A stretch of DNA of 12,023 bases from Thermodesulfobacteriota bacterium. Its GTDB lineage: Bacteria; Desulfobacterota_D; UBA1144; Nemesobacterales; N074bin48. The notes under the pieces were generated by a model. The model saw only the letters and a list, made by a program, of their open reading frames with translations, was not told the origin of the DNA and searched no databases. Made by a program: the position numbers and the translations under genes. The stretch is taken from assembly GCA_041572575.1 (NCBI GenBank), contig JBFFSH010000078.1, forward strand, positions 1 through 12,023, written 5' to 3'. Positions 7,028-12,023 of the stretch are shown here, in pieces (position 1 is the first letter of the stretch; each line of letters begins with the position of its first letter).

Positions 7028-10000
7028 TTGCAGGAAGTGTCAACGAATAAGCAATCTATAATAGAACACCTAAGCACCAGGGTTAACAACAAGTATATTG
7101 CCCGGCACATTGTTGATACTCTAGATAGCAATGACAAGGTATATCTGGGTGGTCTGCAAGGTTTTTCAAAAAACTTTTTTGCTTCATGGCTAAGCCTTAT
7201 ATCGCAAAAGCAGCTTCTCATTATTACTACCGATGATAAACAGGCAGAACAAACCCAAAAAGAGCTATCATATCTAACTAATTCCAAAGTTCTTTACTTA
7301 CCTAAAAAAGAACTTGATGCAGATAGACCTCTTTTTACATCCAGCTCAGATGTGTTTAGTCTCAGAAGTAACTGGCTTTATGATGCTCAAAACCACAAAA
7401 TTCTTGTTTGTGATATACAAACTCTCCTTGAAAAATATCCTCCAAGGGATTTTTATGATACCTGCAGTATCAAGATAAATATAAATGATAAACTCGATAG
7501 AACACTGCTACAGCAAAGGCTCAGTGCTTTTGGGTATACAAAAACAGATTTTGTGCAGAAAAAAGGTGATTACAGCCACAGGGGATTAATCATAGATATA
7601 TTCTCACCATGCTATGAACTTCCTTTAAGAATTGAGTTCTTTGGAGACAGCATTCACTCGGTAAGGTTCTTTGATACAGTAAACCAAAAGACAGTAAGCA
7701 AAACAGATAAAGCCAGCGTAATCCCAACTACTGAACTCATAGTTGACCAAGACAATATTAACTATATAAAATCATCGATTAAGGAGTTTTCCAATGAAAA
7801 TGGAGTATCCGCTTCTTATAGAAACTCACTTATACACCAGCTGCAAAATGAGCAAAGGCCAGAATATATAAACTGGCTTATCCCTTTTTGTTTTAAATCT
7901 TTAAAAAGCATTTTTGATTATATGAATGAAGACACTTTGTTATTCTTTTATTCAGGAAGTGAAGAAAAGTACTTTGAACAGTGTTTGGAAGATATTTCTG
8001 AAAAACTGTTAGTACTAAAAAAGAAATACAAGCTTATCCCTGATTTAGACTCTTTATATTTGAGCCTGCCTGAATTAAAGACAAAGTTATCACAAATTAA
8101 AAAAATCTATATTCCTGAGTTACCTGTAAGCGGTAAAAACAGCATCAATCTGAACTTTAAGAATATTGATTTTCATAAGCAGCCTGAAAACAGCCCCTCA
8201 CCTTATAATGAGCTTGCTGACAGATTGAAGCAATTACAAAAAGAAGATTATAAAATCTTGTTTGTTCTAAAGACAAAGGGTGAAACCGAAAAACTAGCAG
8301 AAATAATAAAGTCCAGAAAACTAAAAGATATTCAATTTGAGATAGGTGAAATTGAAAGTGGTTTCGTATCTGAAGAATTTGGGATTGCCGTAATAACCGA
8401 AAATGAGATATACCATCAAAAAAAGGTAAAGCCGGTTTCCAAAAATGATGACATTCCATCGGCATTTATAACTTCCTTTAGTGAATTAAAACCTGGTGAT
8501 TATATAGTTCATAAGGATTTCGGTGTAGGCATATACAGAGGTCTATTACAACTTGATATAAAAGGTAAAAAGGCTGATTTTTTAGTATGTGAGTATAAAG
8601 ACGGAGATAAAATTTATGTTCCCGTTGATAAACTCAACATAGTTCAAAGGTATGTTGGTGAGGGAAAATCTCCAACCATTGAAAAACTTGGCAAAGAAAC
8701 CTGGGCAAAGACTCTTAAGAAAGTAAAAAAATCTATTGAGCTTATCGCCAAAGACCTCCTGCAGCTCTATGCTAAAAGAAAGGCCGAAAAGGGTTTTAGA
8801 TTTTCTAAAAATGATACGCTCTACTCTGAGCTTGAGCAGTCGTTTGAGCATGAGGAAACCGCTCATCAGGTAAGTGCCATTAACGATGTGATGCTGGATA
8901 TGGAATCTGATTTAAGCATGGACAGGCTCATCTGTGGTGATGTGGGTTTTGGAAAAACCGAGGTAGCGATAAGAGCAGCATTCAAGGCCGTTATGGACGG
9001 CAAACAGGTAGCAGTAATAGTACCAACTACACTTCTTTGTTTTCAGCACTATCTTACTTTTAAATCACGCCTTAAGGGTTTTCCGATAAATGTTGAAATG
9101 ATTTCAAGATTTAGAACCTCCGCTCAAACAAATAAAATACTGGAATCTCTGTACTTAGGTAATACCGACATCATAATCGGCACTCATAAACTACTTGGCA
9201 GTAAAGTTCATTTTAAAGACTTAGGCCTGATAATAGTTGATGAAGAACATAAATTTGGCGTTAAACAAAAAGAAAATATAAGAAAGATCAAAACCTCAGT
9301 AGATGTACTAACCCTGAGCGCTACGCCGATTCCTAGAACCCTGCAACTCTCTTTAGCAAACATAAGGGATATAAGCCTTATTAACACCCCTCCTGCCGGA
9401 AGACAGCAGATTGAAACATATGTATATCATTTCAATGAAAACACCATAAGGGAAGCTATAACAAACGAGCTAAAAAGAGGTGGAGCAGTATTTTTTATTC
9501 ACAACAGGATTGAAGATATTCACACAATTGCAAAGAGAATTACCAACATAGTTCCCGATGTGAAATATGAGATCACACACGGAAGAATGAGAGAATCTGT
9601 ATTGGAAAATAGTATAAATAAATTTATTAACGGTGATATCGATCTGCTGATTACAACCACAATTGTAGAATCGGGGCTTGATATATCAAGGGCAAACACG
9701 ATTATTATAAATGATGCTCATATGTTTGGACTTGCCGACCTGTATCAGTTGAGAGGAAGAGTGGGCAGAGCTGATAAAAAAGCTTATGCCTATTTTCTTG
9801 TCCCGGGTTCAGAGAAATTAACGCAAAGTTCTAAAAAGAGGCTCAAGGCTATTTCTGAGTTAAAAGAACTGGGTTCAGGATTTAAGCTTGCACTATCTGA
9901 TTTGGAAATCAGGGGCGCTGGTACGCTTTTTGGCACTGAACAATCGGGCCATATTGGTGATATAGGTCTAGAAATGTATCTGGAAATGTTAGAAAGTGCC

Positions 10001-10468
10001 GTAAGAAACCTGAGCAATCAAAAACAGGAGTTTAGTTTTGAGCCTGAGATTAAATCTTCTTACCCCACATTTATTCCAAATGAATATATAGAAGACGATT
10101 CCGAGAGGCTTATGGTTTATAAAAAACTATCATCATGCAGGAGTTTAAAAGAATTAAAAGAGATATATTCTGATATATCGGACAGATTTGGCAGGGCTCC
10201 CGAAACTGTTGTTAATCTATTTAGTTTAATAGAAATAAAAATCTACATGAAAAAGTTTTTGATCAAAAAGCTTGAGCTTAAGAAAAACAGTGTGGTAATG
10301 GAGTTTTTGGAAAACTCATCGCTATTTAAATATTTCAGACCATCCGGCATATATAGAATAAGCGAAAAAAGTGAGTTAACATTAAAATCTGTAAAAGAAA
10401 TTATGTCTTCATTTAATTCTAAAAATCCACCGTATATGAATCAACCAACTAATAAGACAGCACATTAA
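7028..10468 (+). CDS. mfd: Transcription-repair coupling factor Mfd
   Basis: 1146 aa; the TTG start is uncertain (GTG at 7037 is an alternative). It has a UvrB-like module (RGLIIDIF, RIEFFGD), the RNAP-interaction domain (GDYIVHKDFGVG), Walker A CGDVGFGKT, DEEH, SATPIPRT, QLRGRVGR, TRG-region DLEIRGAG and a C-terminal TRCF domain (ERLMVYKKL, DRFG). Confidence 0.97.
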   Translation: MQEVSTNKQSIIEHLSTRVNNKYIARHIVDTLDSNDKVYLGGLQGFSKNFFASWLSLISQKQLLIITTDDKQAEQTQKELSYLTNSKVLYLPKKELDADRPLFTSSSDVFSLRSNWLYDAQNHKILVCDIQTLLEKYPPRDFYDTCSIKININDKLDRTLLQQRLSAFGYTKTDFVQKKGDYSHRGLIIDIFSPCYELPLRIEFFGDSIHSVRFFDTVNQKTVSKTDKASVIPTTELIVDQDNINYIKSSIKEFSNENGVSASYRNSLIHQLQNEQRPEYINWLIPFCFKSLKSIFDYMNEDTLLFFYSGSEEKYFEQCLEDISEKLLVLKKKYKLIPDLDSLYLSLPELKTKLSQIKKIYIPELPVSGKNSINLNFKNIDFHKQPENSPSPYNELADRLKQLQKEDYKILFVLKTKGETEKLAEIIKSRKLKDIQFEIGEIESGFVSEEFGIAVITENEIYHQKKVKPVSKNDDIPSAFITSFSELKPGDYIVHKDFGVGIYRGLLQLDIKGKKADFLVCEYKDGDKIYVPVDKLNIVQRYVGEGKSPTIEKLGKETWAKTLKKVKKSIELIAKDLLQLYAKRKAEKGFRFSKNDTLYSELEQSFEHEETAHQVSAINDVMLDMESDLSMDRLICGDVGFGKTEVAIRAAFKAVMDGKQVAVIVPTTLLCFQHYLTFKSRLKGFPINVEMISRFRTSAQTNKILESLYLGNTDIIIGTHKLLGSKVHFKDLGLIIVDEEHKFGVKQKENIRKIKTSVDVLTLSATPIPRTLQLSLANIRDISLINTPPAGRQQIETYVYHFNENTIREAITNELKRGGAVFFIHNRIEDIHTIAKRITNIVPDVKYEITHGRMRESVLENSINKFINGDIDLLITTTIVESGLDISRANTIIINDAHMFGLADLYQLRGRVGRADKKAYAYFLVPGSEKLTQSSKKRLKAISELKELGSGFKLALSDLEIRGAGTLFGTEQSGHIGDIGLEMYLEMLESAVRNLSNQKQEFSFEPEIKSSYPTFIPNEYIEDDSERLMVYKKLSSCRSLKELKEIYSDISDRFGRAPETVVNLFSLIEIKIYMKKFLIKKLELKKNSVVMEFLENSSLFKYFRPSGIYRISEKSELTLKSVKEIMSSFNSKNPPYMNQPTNKTAH

Positions 10469-10474
10469 GTGAAT

Positions 10475-11347
10475 ATGATAAAAACACTTATTCTTTTAAG
10501 CGCTTTAATTATTGTATCTTGTCATGATAGTTCTGATAAGCAGAGTGTAAAAACCAAAAAACCTGTTGTAGACAATATTGTCGCTAAAATTGGTTCTGAT
10601 CATATTACAGAAAAGCAGCTCCAGGATGCCATATCCGCACTTCCGGTGAAACAAAAAATACTCATACAGTCATCTCCAAAGCAAAAAAACAAGTTTATAG
10701 AATCATATATAAACAAAGAAATATTATACAAAGAAGCCCTAAAAAAAGGATACGGTGAAAAAGAAGATATAAGAAAATCAGTTGAGCAATACAAGAAGAA
10801 ATTAATGATTAGAAAGTTAAGTGAGGATATTCTAAATCAAGAAATAACAGACAAAGAGCTTGAACAGTATTATGAGAGTAATAAAAATTTATACCAGAGT
10901 GCCACCATAACTCAGGTTTCTTATATCCCCAAAGATATAGAAAATCTCAATCAGGACGAACTACTAAATCTGCAAAATGAGATAATATCAAATCTAAAAG
11001 AAGATGCAGACCTCGGTGGTTTAACAAATCACATTAACTACAAAATCAAGGTTAAAAAAAATATAGAAATTACCAGAGATAAATACAGCAAACTCTTGGG
11101 TGATGTAGCCTTTAATATGAAAAAAGGAGAGATTTCAGAGCCTGTAAAATTTGGAAATTCTTATGTTATTTTAAAACTTATAGATGGACCAAATCATATA
11201 CCATTTAAAAACCTGAAAAATAATATAAAATTTGAGGTCAAAAATAATAGGTTTAAAAGCTATCTGAAAAATCTTAAAGATTTAGAAAACATAGAAATTT
11301 ATAGTTATAAAGAAACCAGGGAGACAAATAGTAATGCAGAAAATTAG
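10475..11347 (+). CDS. PrsA/PpiC-type (parvulin-like) foldase lipoprotein with degenerate PPIase motifs
   Basis: The start is ATG 10475 or GTG 10469. The signal peptide MIKTLILLSALIIVS|C carries a lipobox Cys. A SurA/PrsA-like N-domain follows (IVAKIGSDHIT, EILYKEALKKG, ITDKELEQYYESNK), then a parvulin-like remnant (AFNMKKGEISEPVKFGNSYVILKL). Confidence 0.8.
   Translation: MIKTLILLSALIIVSCHDSSDKQSVKTKKPVVDNIVAKIGSDHITEKQLQDAISALPVKQKILIQSSPKQKNKFIESYINKEILYKEALKKGYGEKEDIRKSVEQYKKKLMIRKLSEDILNQEITDKELEQYYESNKNLYQSATITQVSYIPKDIENLNQDELLNLQNEIISNLKEDADLGGLTNHINYKIKVKKNIEITRDKYSKLLGDVAFNMKKGEISEPVKFGNSYVILKLIDGPNHIPFKNLKNNIKFEVKNNRFKSYLKNLKDLENIEIYSYKETRETNSNAEN
11318..11323 (+). promoter_or_regulatory. 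Shine-Dalgarno site of the surA-like gene
   Basis: AGGGAG lies 10 nt upstream of ATG 11334, embedded in the 3' end of the upstream CDS. Confidence 0.6.
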
Positions 11348-12023
11348 AACAACTATAATTACAGGGCTTATAATAATGATAACTGGTATTTGTTATGCCA
11401 CTGAAGTAATAGACAGAATCGTTGCTGTAGTAAACGATGATCTTATTACTCTATCCGATCTCAATAGATATATAAGCTCTATTCCTCCAGGTACAGCTGA
11501 AATTGACAGAGACCGTGTACTAAATGATTTAGTAGAACAGATGATACTTGAGCAGGAAGCCGCCAAATTGGGTATTACTGTTTCTGATCCGGAAATTGAT
11601 ATGTCAATTGAAAATATAAGAACAAAAGCCGGGATGAGCCATGAACAAATGGAAGAAATGCTCAAAAAAGAAAATCTCACAAAAGAACAGTTCAGAAAAC
11701 AGTGGCGTCTGCAAATAATAAGCGGAAAATTGGTAAACTCTATAGTTAAGGGAAGAGTTGCAGTTACAGATGATGAAATAGAAAATCTCTATAAAGAATA
11801 TTATGGCAACATAGAAAACTCAGATGAAGTACAAATAGCTCATATTCTCATATCTGTTAATGAACAGCAGCCTGAGCGGGCGCTTGAAAAAGCCAGCCGC
11901 ATAGCAGAGCTTGCAAAATCAGGAAACGATTTCAGCAAACTTGTAGCTGAATATTCCGACGATACATTTTCAAAAGAAAAAGAAGGTGTACTGGGTTATT
12001 TTAAAAAAGGTGAGCTTGTATCA
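11334..12023 (+). CDS. surA: SurA-family periplasmic chaperone / peptidyl-prolyl isomerase (3'-truncated by window edge)
   Basis: Absent from the ORF track because there is no stop in the window. My translation is MQKIRTTIITGLIIMITGICYA|TEVIDRIVAVVNDDLITLSDL...LNDLVEQMILEQEAAKLGITVSDPEID...VAVTDDEIENLY...EVQIAHILI...FSKLVAEYSDD...EGVLGYFKKGELVS. It has a Sec signal, the DRIVAVVN SurA signature and the start of a parvulin domain. It overlaps the upstream CDS by 14 nt. Confidence 0.9.
   Translation, partial: MQKIRTTIITGLIIMITGICYATEVIDRIVAVVNDDLITLSDLNRYISSIPPGTAEIDRDRVLNDLVEQMILEQEAAKLGITVSDPEIDMSIENIRTKAGMSHEQMEEMLKKENLTKEQFRKQWRLQIISGKLVNSIVKGRVAVTDDEIENLYKEYYGNIENSDEVQIAHILISVNEQQPERALEKASRIAELAKSGNDFSKLVAEYSDDTFSKEKEGVLGYFKKGELVS

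Noticed and set aside
7028..10468. Large SF2 helicase-like ORF as a possible defence-system helicase
   Set aside because: The domain order and motifs (UvrB-like module, RNAP-interaction domain, TRG, TRCF C-terminus) identify ordinary Mfd.
482..11680. Small alternative-frame and antisense ORFs in the track (e.g. 901-1206, 1755-2045, 2532-2714, 4072-4323, 6281-6604, 8157-8465, 11393-11680)
   Set aside because: All lie within well-supported genes, show no recognisable motifs and are best explained as shadow ORFs. 11393-11680 is antisense to surA.
1..12023. CRISPR array, tRNA/rRNA, IS element or prophage
   Set aside because: I saw no spaced direct repeats, RNA-gene signatures or transposase, integrase or phage genes. 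The largest non-coding gap is only 132 bp.
1..12023. Specific taxonomic assignment (gene order is reminiscent of deltaproteobacteria-like or related diderm lineages)
   Set aside because: This cannot be supported without database searches. A phylogeny of Mfd, LeuB or TruA would be needed.

Overview
This AT-rich (roughly one-third GC by eye), about 98% coding bacterial window is most likely from a diderm, since it carries SurA and a lipoprotein foldase. On the + strand: the 3' part of an OppB/DppB-type ABC permease, truA and a fumarylacetoacetate-hydrolase (FAH) family gene. On the - strand: two tandem, strongly diverged paralogs, each with a multi-pass GT-C-like membrane domain and C-terminal TPRs, i.e. 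bacterial TMTC-like putative protein O-glycosyltransferases. After a 132-bp divergent gap, a tightly packed + strand run follows: leuB, mfd, a PrsA/PpiC-like lipoprotein with an apparently degenerate parvulin site, and surA (truncated by the window end and missing from the ORF track). I found no RNA genes, CRISPR arrays, mobile elements or long repeats. The best candidate for an under-described system is the TMTC-like pair, which sits inverted within housekeeping genes.
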